From Octopus sinensis (taxonomy: Eukaryota): a stretch of DNA of 64,000 nucleotides. Both the position numbers and the translations under genes were made by a program. The notes under the pieces are model-generated. The model made no database searches. It had not been told where the DNA came from and was given only the letters and a program-made list of their open reading frames with translations. Positions 38,611 through 52,450 of this stretch are shown here, piece after piece; position 1 is the stretch's first letter, and each line of letters begins with the position of its first letter. The stretch is from NCBI RefSeq assembly GCF_006345805.1, contig NC_043001.1, forward strand, positions 4,774,001-4,838,000. Direction: 5' to 3'.

Positions 38611-39847
38611 GAAGCATTCATATATCCTTTAAGTATAAGCAATTACGTTAATTATCATAACTCATACGTTAAATGCAATATATCGTGATATCGAAATTGT
38701 GCTGTACTTTTCGTAAACTCACGTAACGAAAAAGTAGCATATTCAAAATAAATGGTATTTGAAATAGAGCATAATTTCAAATCTGCAATGTTCATTGTTT
38801 GTAAAAGAGTGTGAGAAAATCAACAGTACCAGAAATGAAAACAATAACATGAGAAAATGAAGCTATAGACAAATTGATAAGGTTTTGTTATGAGAAATAT
38901 CCTACGTCTTCTTAAATGTTGCCTCGGTATGCAAAGAAAATAGACCAAATGCTTACTTTCATGATTGTTTAAAACTCTATAAATTTCTCTGCAATTTGAC
39001 ATTAATAAAAATAGATGAGATGGAGTGAAGAAAAGCTGTAAATGTTTTAATTGCTTTCTCACACATCAATTCTATTTTATAGATGAATGTCTGGAAATGA
39101 ATATAGATAGAACAGCACTTCCGAAATTGCGTCTGTAACCAAAGACATAGCAAAATAGAAGAAATTAGCGGAATTTATCCTGAACGGTGATTTTTATGTC
39201 ACATTATAAAAAGAGGACGCTATAGGTAATAACTAATACAATTCAACCAAAAAGAAAAGAAAAGAATTCTTGAGTGCGATATTTAATAATGAAAAATAGG
39301 AAGAAAAACTTCAGGCCCTCTGGACTATAGAGATCTTAAGTGTTTTCAATTAATTTGCAGCACCGAATCTTATTTCTTCAGTACACGAATCAGCAGTTTT
39401 TTTTCTAAGTTAAAGACATCAACACATTTCGGGACAACTCTGTGCACTTCTCATAAAAGACATTCAACTGAAACGGTAAAGGGCAACAAAATAAAATTCT
39501 AATTTCATCCTTCACTACACAATGAATGCAGTTTAATTAGCGCCTCACGTGAAGCATAATAGTAGCAAGATAGAAGACGTGGTGTTCTTCATTTTCAATT
39601 AAACAGATGATCGGAAACTTTTCAAAAGAATTAAACTTTACCGAGTAAGGAAATGTATGTATAGGTTACACGGATTTGGTTTTCACGATAACCAGAATCA
39701 AATTTTAGTAAATATAGTTACACCTTGAAGGTATCAGAAGAGTTTATGTATGTATTCCTAACAACAATACAAACATCGAAAGTTACACACCCAGATACAC
39801 ACACACGCAACGCACATACACACATACACACACTCATATATATATGT

Positions 39848-39991
39848 ATACAACGGGATTTTTTCAGTTTCCGTCTACCAAATCTACCCAAGCTATAGTA
39901 GAACACACTTTCCCAAGGTGCCACGGAGTGGAACTGAACTCGAAACCATGTTGGTAAGAAAGCTACTTACCATGCAGCCACTCCTGCGCCT
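39848..39991 (-). mobile_element. SINE type A 5' half with small deletions
   Basis: TTTCAGTTTCCGTCTACCAAATC...CAGCCACTCCTGCGCCT. Confidence 0.85.
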
Positions 39992-39996
39992 ATGAA

Positions 39997-40054
<58 letters not shown>

Positions 40055-40128
40055 TTATATATATGGGTACGTGTGTGTATAAAAAATTAATATAATATGT
40101 GCATATATATTATGTCTGTGCTTATGTG

Positions 40129-40165
<37 letters not shown>

Positions 40166-42579
40166 GTTTATGTGTGTGTGCATTATATGCGTGTGTGTGT
40201 GATGTGGATGCAAATTTGAAAAATTCTATATCTGCTTTATTTATTATTGGATTATACCTATTTTAGGAAAAAAATCAAACATTCTATAGCTCTGCCTTTT
40301 TATGCCTAACAGATAAGACGAAACAGAAAAAGAATACCGAATTGAGATATATTCAGAATATTATATGGCAAAATTGGTGGAAGATATTTTGAGCAACATA
40401 TTTAATTTCAGCATTTAGATAATTTTTGGCAATGTGAAGTAAAATTTGCGGTTGTTTTTTTTTAGAATTGTAAGATACATATTTGGAATAGCAAAAAAAT
40501 GATGCTAAATCATCTACTTAGTATGGAAGGAAAGCATTGGTAGAGAACATATAAAGGAAAATATTAAACTGGAGAAATTTATATTTTTGAAATATACACC
40601 ATATATATATATCTCATATGTCTGAAACGAGTAACAGAATAAAAGAATATGGTTCTAGCATACATGTGAATGTATGGCTGTTAAAAATTTATTTATGAAT
40701 TTATACGATGTATATTTAGTAAATATAGGAGAAAACGTTATTTAAAAAAAGCACAAAAAATATCCGGTGAAATCCGAATTTTTGCGAGTAGTTATCTAAG
40801 AAATATGAATAAATTAGTAAGTTATATGTTGTGCAATTCTTCACGGAAGCAGGGTATGAGAGAAATTAGAAAGTAATGATAACCATCAAGGAATGGTAAA
40901 CGGAAATTGTAAGAGGTGGGAGTACATGGGTGAGGTTTGTTAGTATTTTCTGCTCTTTAAGAATGCCAAATTGATAGAATCTTTATATGACGGTTCGAAT
41001 ATTTGAGGGTGAGTAGGTAGAAGGTCTTGTTTAATTTAATCGCTTAAATATGATCATATTTCAGAGAAATATTCTATTTCTAAGATTTTAAATGTCACTA
41101 AATATTCTACTGAAGGACTAATACGGCTACAAATATACGACGTAAACAATGATGAGAACGTAATAAAAGTTATGAATATTTATATATGTATCTGTGTGAG
41201 TGAGTGTGTGTTTGTGTGTGTGTGTGTGTACATTACACACACATATATATTATCATCATCGTCATATATATATTAATATGTACAAATGCTATTTTCTCTT
41301 TTATTCAAGTGAAAATAAATTAAAACTTCCATTACCGCATATATTCCTGACATATATGATATTGCCATTGGGAAATATAAAATAAAGTAGGATAATTGTT
41401 GTTTACCAAGTTGTCAGAATTGATGTCGTCTTTTGAAGAATTTAGGCTTTTCTGTTGACTATTTGTAATTTTCCATCCGTAACATACTGACACACTTCAA
41501 AGTACCATAAGACATGATACATCAGGTTACGAGTGATATTTTATGCATCACTATCGAAGGACGAAATACAAATCATACCTTCTTAAGATACAACACAAAG
41601 AGAGAATTTGAATGCATATTACAGATGGTAGTATGAGATCTCTCAAAATTCTACAAATTCGCCAACATTTAAAGCGCACAAATTACGAATTTCGTTGTTA
41701 GAGTAACGAATAAGACCTACTTAATGGTATATATCCCAAGGGAAAATTAGGTAACACTCCTAAGATCATAGCTTCTCAAAAAGCAATTCTATGTATTGTG
41801 AACTTTTTCCAAGTTATTATTCCATATTCAAGGATATTTACGCAATGAAACATTCCGTAAATCGGACCGGATGAGAACTGTTATCACTATTTTCAGAGAT
41901 GTAAATGAATTCGTTATCTGTTTTAGAGTGTTTGTATACACAATGTAATATTTTTGTTGAAGTTAATGAAAATATTTCCAAACGATAGGTTGGGTTTTAC
42001 GTCTCCAGTTATATTGATTCGCTTAATATTCAAATAATGAATGCTCGATATGCACAACGTTCGTTGGAAGTTAAGCAGAAAATATTAGTACGTTCCATAC
42101 GAGAGGCGCATACAGGTAAAACTATCTTTACTGCAAACATGCATTACTGTATTTCAATGGTTTTATATTTCGAAATATTCACATTTTTGACTGTATTTGA
42201 AGGACAAATCTAACGCTGACATAATCTTTGCCATTGCTCTACCAGTTTCGAAAACCTTGGGTGTTGGTTTCATTTCATTTTGCAGAAGAGTCCGTTAAAT
42301 GCATATAACAATAAAAAGCCCATAGTTGCTTTTTGGATGGACATTGGACAGGCAAATGTCCTTGGCAATCTCCTAAACATAAATATTTAAAGAGGGTCAA
42401 ACAATTACCACTGGGAATAAATACATGGATTTTATAATTCACCAGGATATTGTACAATATTTCCTAAATGAGAAAGATACGATGTATTTTGATTTCACGA
42501 TAAATATAATTCGAAGGTTAGTATATTTCCATAGTTTTAAAGAAACGTAAAAGATTGTTAATTATATTTCTGTGTTTGC

Positions 42580-43270
42580 AACGGAAATGCTTGTCAGGAA
42601 TTAAACCTGACAATTAGACTGTAGAAAACCAACAGAGAGTCTGATGTGTCACGCAACCCACACACCATTACCATCAGCAATCACGAGCAATAGGCAGTCA
42701 AAGAATTCATCTATCTCGGCATTACCATCACTGATAACCTCTCCTGGGACACTGAATTCATGTGGCGTTTTATACAAGCATTCTCCGCATTTGCCAGGCT
42801 TATAAAAAGGGTCTTAGAAAAGAGGCAGCTGCTCATAAACACCACGATTGCTCTCTATCGGCGTGCGTCCTCAGCACAATGCTTTACGACGGTGAGATGT
42901 GGAGCTTTTACTCTAGACATGGGCGGCATTTCAACGTCTTCCACCTTCGTAGTCTGAGACGTATCTTGGATAGAAGTTGGACAGACAGAGACACCAACAT
43001 TGAAATCCTCAACAGTGCCAAGATAACCAGCGAATACTACGCATGGGGATGAATGGAGGGGAGAAGAAACTGGAACCGGCCACCAAAAGAAAGTGCGCAC
43101 GAAGAAACGAAACATCAGTAGGGCCAGTTGAGAGCTTCTACACATGCATTTGGTGTATGTGTTACTACACCTCCCATGTGGTCTTGCGCAGCAGACGCTG
43201 CACCACTATCAGCGGCTGACACGAATTATCGAGTCGCAACTTCATGTTCTCTCAAGGCCGACGGATGCCT
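42580..43270 (+). mobile_element. Degraded RTE LINE fragment
   Basis: VKEFIYLGITITDNLSWD, ACVLSTMLYDGEMWSFYSRHGRHFNVFHLRSLRRILDRSWTDRDTNIEIL. Confidence 0.85.
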
Positions 43271-43934
43271 ATCGACATTAGTGACTACAAAATGTATTTT
43301 CGTCACTTTTGGGAAGAAAATACATTTTGGGAAGGGCATTAAGAAGTTATACTTAGATATCTTTCGGCAATCTGTGGGTATTTCAAACTATTTCTTAGAA
43401 AACTATTATCTATTGTAAGACGATAATTTCTGAAAGACTCAGAGAATTTTTAATTTCTTTCTAATCAAGTTACTGTGGAAATCAAATTCGAGAATATAAT
43501 TGTTGTAGCTTTCCATATTGTAAGTAATATTACTTCATATTGACAACTGTAAAGGATACAAAATTTATAATGCTTTCGATTGTTTCAGTTTTACTCTATG
43601 AATAATATAAATATTTTGGAAACAATATCTACAGCACTGTGTAGCAGGAGCTATCTCTTGCTTGCTTGTTTATGTTAGCCACAAATTTTAAATAAATCTA
43701 ACAAAATGATATCAAAAGATAAAGTGTACGCTTTCATTATGTGAATATGCAAATCGTACGACAACATCAGGAAGACCAGTACAGTATTTTGATAGCATGC
43801 ACAATTAAAAGAGCACAGCATTTAGATTCAGCACTCATACAGATCCAACCAAGAAATGGAAATGTCTTATTATGTGCGTTGGATTAATTTGAAAAACAAA
43901 ACGGTAAATGGCGGAAGAAAGGTAATGGGGGTGT

Positions 43935-44090
43935 TGGGTAGAAAGAAGCTTGCTGCCAAAACGAATCGATCCAGATTTAGACCCTTTGCATAGCAACATG
44001 CCCAAGTGTCTTCCACTACAGCCCCAGGCTAACCAAGTCCTTGCGTGTGGATTTCATTAACGGAAACTGAAAGACGATCATCCAGTATAT
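43935..44090 (+). mobile_element. Degenerate SINE type A head
   Basis: CCCAAGTGTCTTCCACTACAGCCCCAGG..AACGGAAACTGAAAGA. Confidence 0.55.
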
Positions 44091-44292
44091 GTATATATAT
44101 ATATATATATATAAAATCTTAAATTTTATCTTTATACAACATAATATTTTTTGTAAAAGATCACCCATAGTACCCTATGATAAAATTTCTTCTGTGTTAA
44201 CATCATAGGAGGTTTTATTAGCACCTTGCCTCCTTAACTGGTAATTAACATCTTAATTTGGTGTCTCCCATAACCTGCGACCTTTATAGACA

Positions 44293-45335
44293 ACTAGCAG
44301 ACATACCCGGCGTTGCCCGGTTACATTCAATTGAAGAATTAGACTTTTCTGTTATATTTTCTGAAAGAACTGGAATATCTATGTTTCGAATTTCATCAAA
44401 ATTGCAGATGAGGGTTATTTCTTTCTTTACACAGCCTAAAATAATTCTAATCCTGCCTCATGTAAACCAAAAGACGAATGATCATAATAAGCAGTCAGTT
44501 ACCCTATCCTAGTCGTTACCACTCCCAATGTAGGATTCCTTACAATCCAGGTGACAGGAACGGCCGTAAGATGCATTACGAATCTATAGTAATTGGAAGG
44601 GCGTGACCCAACTGAAATCGACATTAACAACTGTGTGACGTGAGGGCTTAGGAGAAATTAAAGTGTCACCTCTGGATTTTGCAAATGATCACTATACTGA
44701 TACGTAACTGGACAGAATGAATTTAAAATCTATAAATGTCTTTGAATAACCAGTCACTCATCTGGGAAGGCATTGTAATCAATGTTACCATCTGGGGACT
44801 ATGTGTGACCGAGTGATAATAAAAAGACTGAAAGGAGGTCTGCAATCAAATAACTTTATTCAACACTTTTCAACTGAATCAGGGGAGACAAAGATGCCTC
44901 TCATTTACTTAACAATTTATGCACCACATTGTAGAAATCACAATGTACGAGTATGTCAAAGCAAACTGTTACACTGTTGTACCATTCACTTAGAAATAAT
45001 GCCCAACTTTTATGCTCGGGTAACCCTACAGCTTCCAAGAGCACAACTGTATTCGTTTTTGCTTAGATAAAATGACAAAATTCTGGGTGTTAAGTCCCAA
45101 TGGAGGGGTCTTTCCAACTTTGTAAGAAGATGAAATTTTATAAATATTACTTCATTTGTGTCTAATATCTATGGTTAAAATTTCATCAACAGCAAAAAAT
45201 ATATGAATTGTCATGAGGGTTATGGCCCTTATGCTTAGAATATAATTTCCAAATTTCATAAGGATCTATTCAGTATTTTGACCTAGTTTTTGATCATAAA
45301 AGAAGTTACTAAAATTTGGGACTTAAGGCTCTCAT
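44293..45335 (+). mobile_element. Possible Helitron-derived element
   Basis: 5' ACTAGCAGACATACCCGGCGTTGCCCGG resembles 32467. There is a weak Pif1-like remnant (KSINV..P, GTMCDRVIIKRL). The 3' boundary is uncertain. Confidence 0.35.
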
Positions 45336-45352
45336 TAGGGTATCATATATAT

Positions 45353-45418
<66 letters not shown>

Positions 45419-45834
45419 ATAATATATATATATATACATACATATGTAGATATATAGATATATAGATATAGATATAGATAGAGATAGAGATACGCACACA
45501 CACACACACAAGATAAATTGATAGATACAACTGAGTTGGCAAGCAAAAATATGAGACATAGCCTAGAGCTTTTTTATGTTGATAAGCCTAGTACTTATTC
45601 TATTAGTTTGTTCTTGTTAAACCAGTAAGTTTTCGGGATGAGCAGTTGTGAAGCAGTGTTGAGGGCGAAACACAGACACAAAGACACACACATACACTGA
45701 CATATATACATATATATACGATTGATTTGTTTAAGTCCCTGTATACGAAATCCATATATATTGTTGTTGGCATCATTTTTGTCTCGGGAGACAATGAAGT
45801 TGCGCATAAAATAATCTAGTCAGGCTTTTATATT

Positions 45835-47095
45835 TCATGTCCTAATACATCTCCTGCTGTGGCTGTGTAGTCCTATCCTAGAAAAACACTCCCTCTGGCA
45901 GGTGCCGCAAATGTAGCTAAGACTTTGCCTTGCTGGTTGTAACGTCATACTTTCTTGTTGACGTCTTTTCTTGACTTTCCATCTCTCTTCTCTCTCTACG
46001 TCACTCGTTTGTGTTCCCTATTTTACGGTACGTCGCCAATCTCCACGATTGCTGGCTACCGCTTCCCAGTTGGTAATATTGATGTTGCAGGCCTTCATGT
46101 CTCTTTTGCAAACATCCTTGTATCGTAAGAACGGCCTTCCCACAGATCTAGTGCCTCTAGCAAGCTCTTCGTTGAGTATGTCCTTGGGGCTTCTACCATA
46201 TTCCATACGGCTAACATGTAGAAGCCATCTCATACGTCTTTGTGTGAGGGGTGCAAACATGCTTGGTATTCCTGCTTGCGTGAGGACATCTTTGTTGGGG
46301 ACATGATTCTGCCAATTGATGCGAAGGATTTTCCGGATGCAGCGCAGTTGAAAGATATTTAGGCGACGTATGGCGTCGTATGGCGTGTGTATGGCGTCCA
46401 AGTCTCACTTCCATACAGTAGAGTGCTAAGTACACATGCCTGGTAAATCTTCAATTGTGTGGTCTTGGTCAGCTTATTGTTGCCCCATGCCCGTTTGGAG
46501 TGTTGGGCCATCACAGCAGCTGCCTTGCCAATGCGCATATTGAGCTCAATATCAAGGAATAGGTTGTAGGTGACGGTAGAGCCAAGATAGGTAACCTTCT
46601 CCACCTTCTGTAGTCTGTGGTCTCCAATATATACGTTTGGGATGGTCGATGTAGCCTGACCCATTATGTTGGTCTTCTTGAGGCTGATAAATAAGCCAAA
46701 GTTGCCACATGCTTACTCAAAACAGTTGATGAGCCTTTGTAGGGCTTCTTCTGTGTGTGATACCAGAGCGGCATCATCAGCAAATAGCATCTCCTTGATC
46801 AGGACGCTTCTGATTTTGGTCTTGGCACGCAGACATGACAGATTGAACAGTATCCCATCACTTCTACTGTGCAGAAACACTCCATCATCTGATGTCTAAA
46901 AGGCATGAGACAGCAGCAGCGAGAAGAAGATGCCAAATAATGTAGGAGCAAAGACACAACCTTGCTTTACCCCATTTTTTATTTGGAAGGCGGCTGATGT
47001 TGAACCTTGTGCTGTATGTTGCCTTGCCTATCATCATGGAAAGATGTGATGATCCTCAGCAGCTTTGGTGGACATCCGATTTTTTGAGCAGGATG
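45835..47095 (-). mobile_element. RTE (BovB-like) LINE, 5'-truncated, frameshifted
   Basis: GVKQGCVFAPTLFGIFFS, MLFADDAAL, TYLGSTV, IYQACVLSTLLYGSETW, GRPFLRYKDVCKRD and the C-terminal YICGTCQRECFSRIGLHSHSRRC. Confidence 0.93.
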
Positions 47096-48205
47096 AAGAG
47101 GCATTTTTTACTTACCAAGTCAAAGACCTTTGTCAGATCAATGCCCCTCCCCCCAAATTGACTGTCCTTGTACCAAAATTTAAAATCCATATTTTATCCC
47201 TATTTTGTACCTCAGCACAAGGAAGTCCTAATATATTGTCTAATTTTTAGACATACGTGGCATGAGAGCGATAGTATTTGAATAAATACTACTTTTGATG
47301 AAATTCTAATTCAGTTAAAAGTGAGCATTATCTATTGTGTTACTTACACCAGTTGGAAAATGCTTTTTTTTATTGATAAAATAGCAACGGTTTCCATATT
47401 ATAAATATTACCTATGTATCCATTGATGGCAGAATCAATTTACACCAGTGACTTTTATACAGAGCCGTCAAATTTTCTTATATACTATTGCTTCTTAATA
47501 TTTAAAATGACACCAAATATTTCAGACTTATACATCTTTAAAAAGACATATGAACCATACATAATTGTGTGGCTTTGTCGCCTCAAAACGTCTTGTTTAT
47601 CTGTCAACATTTTATATCTTTATCAAGAAGTCATTTCTGAATATGCAATGATGCACATGCTGGGCTTCCGGACATGCATATTTCACAGCATGAATTTCAG
47701 TTCATAAATATGGTATAGTACTTAATTACGATCTCATCTCACGGTAAGTCAGACGGAATTACTGGAAATGTAGCAGACTCAATTGGAGTTTACAATTAGG
47801 TTATCCGAAACGCTTCCTCAATCCGCTCAACCAAACATTCCAACTTATCAAACTGATACATTAATGGATTACTATACAAGCAGACACGGCAACACTGATT
47901 TCTTTACAGCGATCCTCCTACACACGCTTACAAATCTATTAATAATCACGGTCAAACTATCAAATAATCTACCCTAGTGTACATAAAGGTAAAATAACAA
48001 GGGAAATATAACATAAATATCATAAATTTACACAACGGTGCCAACACACTCGGCGCTCAACCTATTGACTGACTGCATAATAGCGTCCGATATCGGATAC
48101 TTCGGACTTACCGCTGCTGATATACATCAACTTCTGTCAATCAACGTGAACAACACCTACTTCTCTTTCCAAGACCACATATACTAACAGACAACAGTTC
48201 TCCCC

Positions 48206-48712
48206 ATGGGATCCAGTCTCTCGGACCTAATAGCCATCACTTATACGAACCAAATGGAACGTGGAGCGCTCAACATTGGCCGCTCATGCGCCTTCTTCAC
48301 CGGGTACGTAGATGACATCCTCATACTCACATCCTCCGGTGAAGAGGCTGACAGAATATTCACGACGTTCAATAGCATGGACATGAAAATAAAGTTCACT
48401 ATAGAACATCCCGACACCACTCGATCACTATCACTACCTGACGTGAAAGTGAATATAACGGAAGAAAGGGAGAACCACAACGAATTTTACAGGAAAGCAG
48501 CCAGTAGAGATATATTTGTCCAGTATAGTTCAGCACTTCCACTCGGTGCCAAAATAGGATACGCCAGAAAGGAACTTGCACGTGTCTATGGCAAGTGCAG
48601 CAGGACAGAGGAGAAGATGACCCACACTACACGCTTCCTAGATATATTGAAAACCAACGTGTACCCTAGATCCATTATAAATTGGCTTAATTACGAAAGA
48701 CGACCAACATGA
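48206..48712 (+). pseudogene. Penelope reverse transcriptase C-terminal part
   Basis: NTYFSFQ..Y*Q..LPMGSSLS, YVDDILI, IKFTIE, FYRK, YPRSII. An in-frame TAA lies at 48185-48187 upstream. Confidence 0.9.
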
Positions 48713-48893
48713 CGAACACAAAATACGCAATTTTAGCGAGAGGATAACTACCGCCATCCGAAGGGCCATAAGAAAAGAAGGACTAGACATACACCTAGCC
48801 CATTCTCGGAGAAGACAACTCGGAAAGAAAGAAACGAACAAGGGACAACAATCAATGAACACTAACAAAGTGTCCCATCCGTGACACAGATTT

Positions 48894-49145
48894 ATGCCAA
48901 CGGGTAAATGTAACAAATGCAACAAGTTCTACATAGGTAGAACGACAAGAACTTTACACGTCCGTCTCAAAGAACATCTGAACACGAGAGCTTTCTCCTT
49001 GAGAAAACATGTTGACAGATATCGGAACACCGACAAAAGTATAACAGTCTCAGTTGAAGTCAATGAAAGGAATTTGGGTTATTTAAGAATTACGGAAGCT
49101 ATACTCATACATAGAAAAGGGCCCCAAATTAACAACAGGTTGTAG
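48894..49145 (+). pseudogene. Penelope GIY-YIG endonuclease fragment
   Basis: CNKCNKFYIGRTTRTLHVRLKEH...LRITEAILI...PQIN. Out of frame with the RT. Confidence 0.9.
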
Positions 49146-49469
49146 GTTGGTAATCAATATATATTATTTAGCTACATCTGGATGTGTGTAGGTCTAATTT
49201 TGATTACATGTTCATGTATTGTTTACAACGAAAAAAAAGAGGAAAATGAAGGGGAATAACAGGGAGGCTGCGCGAATAACACATAACTTAGAAGCAGCTT
49301 TGAGGATGTGCCAACACACACGGGATTGAGACATGGTCAACCTCAGGCACTTCTCATGAGGAATTTCTGAAGGAGCTTCATGAGACCACTGCTGAGACGC
49401 TTCCGAAAAAAGAAAAGCCGTTGGAAAACCGATTATATTAGCGACTCCATCAATTCCTTGGGATATAGG

Positions 49470-49511
49470 GATATCTGAAGAAGGAATTTTTATATTCCGA
49501 AATATCATATC
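49470..49511 (+). ncRNA. Intact minimal type I hammerhead ribozyme (dimer-type)
   Basis: GATAT-CTGAAGA-A-GGAAT TTTTAT ATTCC-GAAA-TAT-C-ATATC. Stem I is 5 bp, stem II is 5 bp, stem III is the ATAT palindrome, and the site is AUC (C49506). Confidence 0.75.
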
Positions 49512-49619
49512 AGATTATGGAGGATTAAATTATATTAAGGTACTATAGTCCATTGTTTGTATTATGGTACATTGTTGGGTCATTCAAAATATTATATCTT
49601 TACATATATTTTATATTTT

Positions 49620-50026
49620 ACTTATTATCTCCGCCGAGGAAGGAGGTTATGGTTTCATCGGTGTTGGTTTGTCCGTTTGTGCCGCTGTCTGTCCGACTGT
49701 GTGCAAAATAACTCAAAATGTTGTGAACGGTATTTAATGAATCTTGCAGAAAACGTTGGTAATGACACAAAGAACATATGATGAAAATTTGGTAGTGATC
49801 CGGGAATTTTATGAATTCATGAGGGATTTTTCATTTGTTATATTTACAATGTTACTTTCTTTGAGTATCTTCCTTGAAAACACGCTTATCGTTTCCACGT
49901 CTCCTATGGTCGCGTTGCTGTTACCAAAGTTTATTTTCGTTTATCTATTAGTAAGTTTACACGCGCATCTATCTTAAAATGAGCTGCTTGCCGGAGGTTT
50001 GTGCTTTCCGAGTGCTTTTCAAGTTA
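49620..50026 (+). mobile_element. Non-autonomous Helentron-associated (HINE/DINE-1-like) element
   Basis: Sub-terminal inverted repeats CTCCGCCGAGG / CTTGCCGGAGG, a GTCT/GTCC tract near the 5' end, and a degenerate 3' hairpin GTGCTTTCCGAGTGC. Confidence 0.55.
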
Positions 50027-50714
50027 ACATTGTTGTTGGTGTTTGTTGGTTTAAAGAGTTGCATAATCATGTAATATCTGTTTGTACGAAGGTTTTTATA
50101 ATGGCTGGCCATCGTTAACGACAGATTTGTAAAGTTACTCAGTTAAGGTTTTCAACAGTGGTATATATATTGTAGTGACTTTTGTACTGTAGTATCACCA
50201 ATTGTTACTTCAACTGTTTGTTGCTGTTTTAGCATCCATATTCATAGCTTTATGTTTATGTTATTGATAAGTATTGCATTATCACGCTTGCTACACGAGT
50301 CTTGAATATAAATTGATTCATCTCTGATAAAATTTCCTCCGATCATGTATTACAAACTCATGAAAATTAAAGAGCTGTTCACATGCATACGCTAGACTAA
50401 TACAAGTCCGAAATATTCCGAAGGTGTCTCCTATGAATTATACTAATTTAAATATACACATTGTTCAGGAGCACAGCCAAGATGTTCTTCCATATTCCGA
50501 GCATATATTTATCTCTCAAAAAATTTATCAGGCAATGATATATCTTTTCTAATTCAGAAATATTCTCGCAACTACATTAGAAAAACTACTCAAAAGGAAA
50601 AGCAATGATATCTACACAACGAATTGAAAATATGCTGTTAAAATATATATTATCATATTCATATTCTGCAGATAAATTTACACTTACATAGAGAGTTGTG
50701 TCGACACTTAGTTA

Positions 50715-51700
50715 CATGGATATGTTTCAGCAGAATTAGCCAGTGGCATGAGTAATTAAATAGTACCACCTGGAATAAACGTTTACTGATGCTTTTTTTT
50801 GTTACAATCATTCTTAATAAGGAATATTACTTTGAAGTAGAGAGTTATTGCTTGCAGAGAGCTATCCGGGTATGGGTGGTTTATCTGGAATTTGTTTGAG
50901 GAGTTCCTCGAGGAATCATTTTAAGGTTATGACATCGTTTTCTTCTCTTATGCATCTTGTTATAATGTTAAAGAGAGAATGTCCCATTGAAGTAAAATAG
51001 AGTAATGATTTTTGCCAACATAACATAGCAGTGCTGTTTTAAGAAGAATGTTACTGTAATTTAGTCGCAGGAGACATCGTCTCCAGCTGGCTATACGACA
51101 CCATGTGTCCTTATATTCCCTTATTCGAAAATATAAGGACACAAATGATGTCGTTTGTCCAGCTGGAGACAATGTCTCTTGGGGCTAAATTACAGCAACA
51201 TTCGTTCTAAACCAGGACTGCCATGTTATATTGGCAACAATCTTTACTCTGAAGTAAAATAGTTTTGTCATAGTGTTGTGATGTAACACGAGCATAATTT
51301 TTGTAGAGGTGCAAATGGAATGCGAGAGAGACTTGGGCGAAATTTCAAAGTTGATGCCAGCATCATTTGTGCGATGTTATTGGTATATTTACCACATGAA
51401 ACAAACAATAAACAAAATGAATTATTTCCCTATAATGCAACTTTGAGCGGCGTTGGAGGGAATAACGCTTGAGCATGTCGGATCGATCGTCATAAAGAGA
51501 ACTCTGTCATATTTGTTTTGTGTGATTGGTATCTGAGAAGCTTCAATATTTATAATAATTTGTTTCGTGTATGGAAATGACAGGAGGCAACAGTATTCAA
51601 TGTGACGTGAGGTTAGAGAAGAGAGGGCCAATTGTAGAAATAATTACGAGAACATTTCCTGGATACGTTGTCGATTTAAAAAAATAGGGCATCTTATCAT
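50715..51700 (-). mobile_element. Degraded CR1/L2-group LINE 3' region
   Basis: HIEYCCLLSFPY...IEASQ, FLEELLKQIPDKPPIPG..SNNSL, and a CCAGGTGGT tail like that at 17198. Confidence 0.6.
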
Positions 51701-52099
51701 AATCGCATTGTATTAGATTGTAAGTGGTTGTGTATTTCAAAGTAATTTGATATGCACCATGGACATTAATCGTACTTAACGTGTTAATGAGATAAACTCA
51801 GCCTTTGATTAACAATGGCAGTTCTTCTCAATAGCACGTATATAGCCTCTGTCTGTGTAATTTAACATATAATATAGGAGAAGATCCCTGTCTTAAATAA
51901 AAAAAAAAAACCTGAAAATTCCAGTTATACCGTACAGATTAAATTGAATACATTATTTTTGTATCGTGAAGCAATTATTTTAAACATTTAAATTTGCATT
52001 CTTAAGTTTGAATTTATGGCTAAATACATACCTCCATATATTTAATCCTACGAGTATTGTTATCGCTAGGCCTAACTAATCGTAAAGTCATTACCACCA

Positions 52100-52450
52100 T
52101 GACCGATATCCACTCTACAGTGGAGAAGGTTAGCCACTGGATATGGTTAAAATGAGCGATGGTTAGAAGGATATTTAGCTTAACTTGATAACCAGCTGAT
52201 CTAGCAAGCGGGGCCTCATATCAGTGAGGGGAGCCGGTGCGCATTTATCCCGTGGCGAAGTAGGCCCCGAAACGGCGCACATTCTCTCCTGATGACCCCA
52301 TACACTTGCTGGCTTCCGGTATACGGAGCTTTTGACTGGTAGCACTTGCATGTACAATTTGTTTGCAAGACATAATTTCTTCAAGCAAACATTGGATAAT
52401 ATTTTTCAGTCAGAGAACGCACACCATCATAGGCATTGTTCTAATAAACC
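52100..52450 (-). mobile_element. Possible L1/Tx1 ORF2 C-terminal remnant
   Basis: VLPVKSSVYRK...MCAV resembles the ALPVxDKL..H...CPxC region. Weak match. Confidence 0.3.

Larger units (their letters stand above)
47730..49530 (+). mobile_element. Penelope-like retroelement (RT + GIY-YIG + 3' pLTR with hammerhead)
   Basis: RT motifs, GIY-YIG endonuclease motifs, and a downstream HHR. Confidence 0.9.

Noticed and set aside
40200-41050. Possible L1/Tx1 RT remnant (also 16300-17090)
   Set aside because: Too degraded to support without a profile search.
42275-42457. Cys-containing minus-strand ORF with a possible acceptor (GDCQGHLPVQCP...)
   Set aside because: No recognisable domain and no supporting donor; too weak to call an exon.
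46765-46790. CTGATGA on the minus strand
   Set aside because: It is the FADD codons of the RTE reverse transcriptase.
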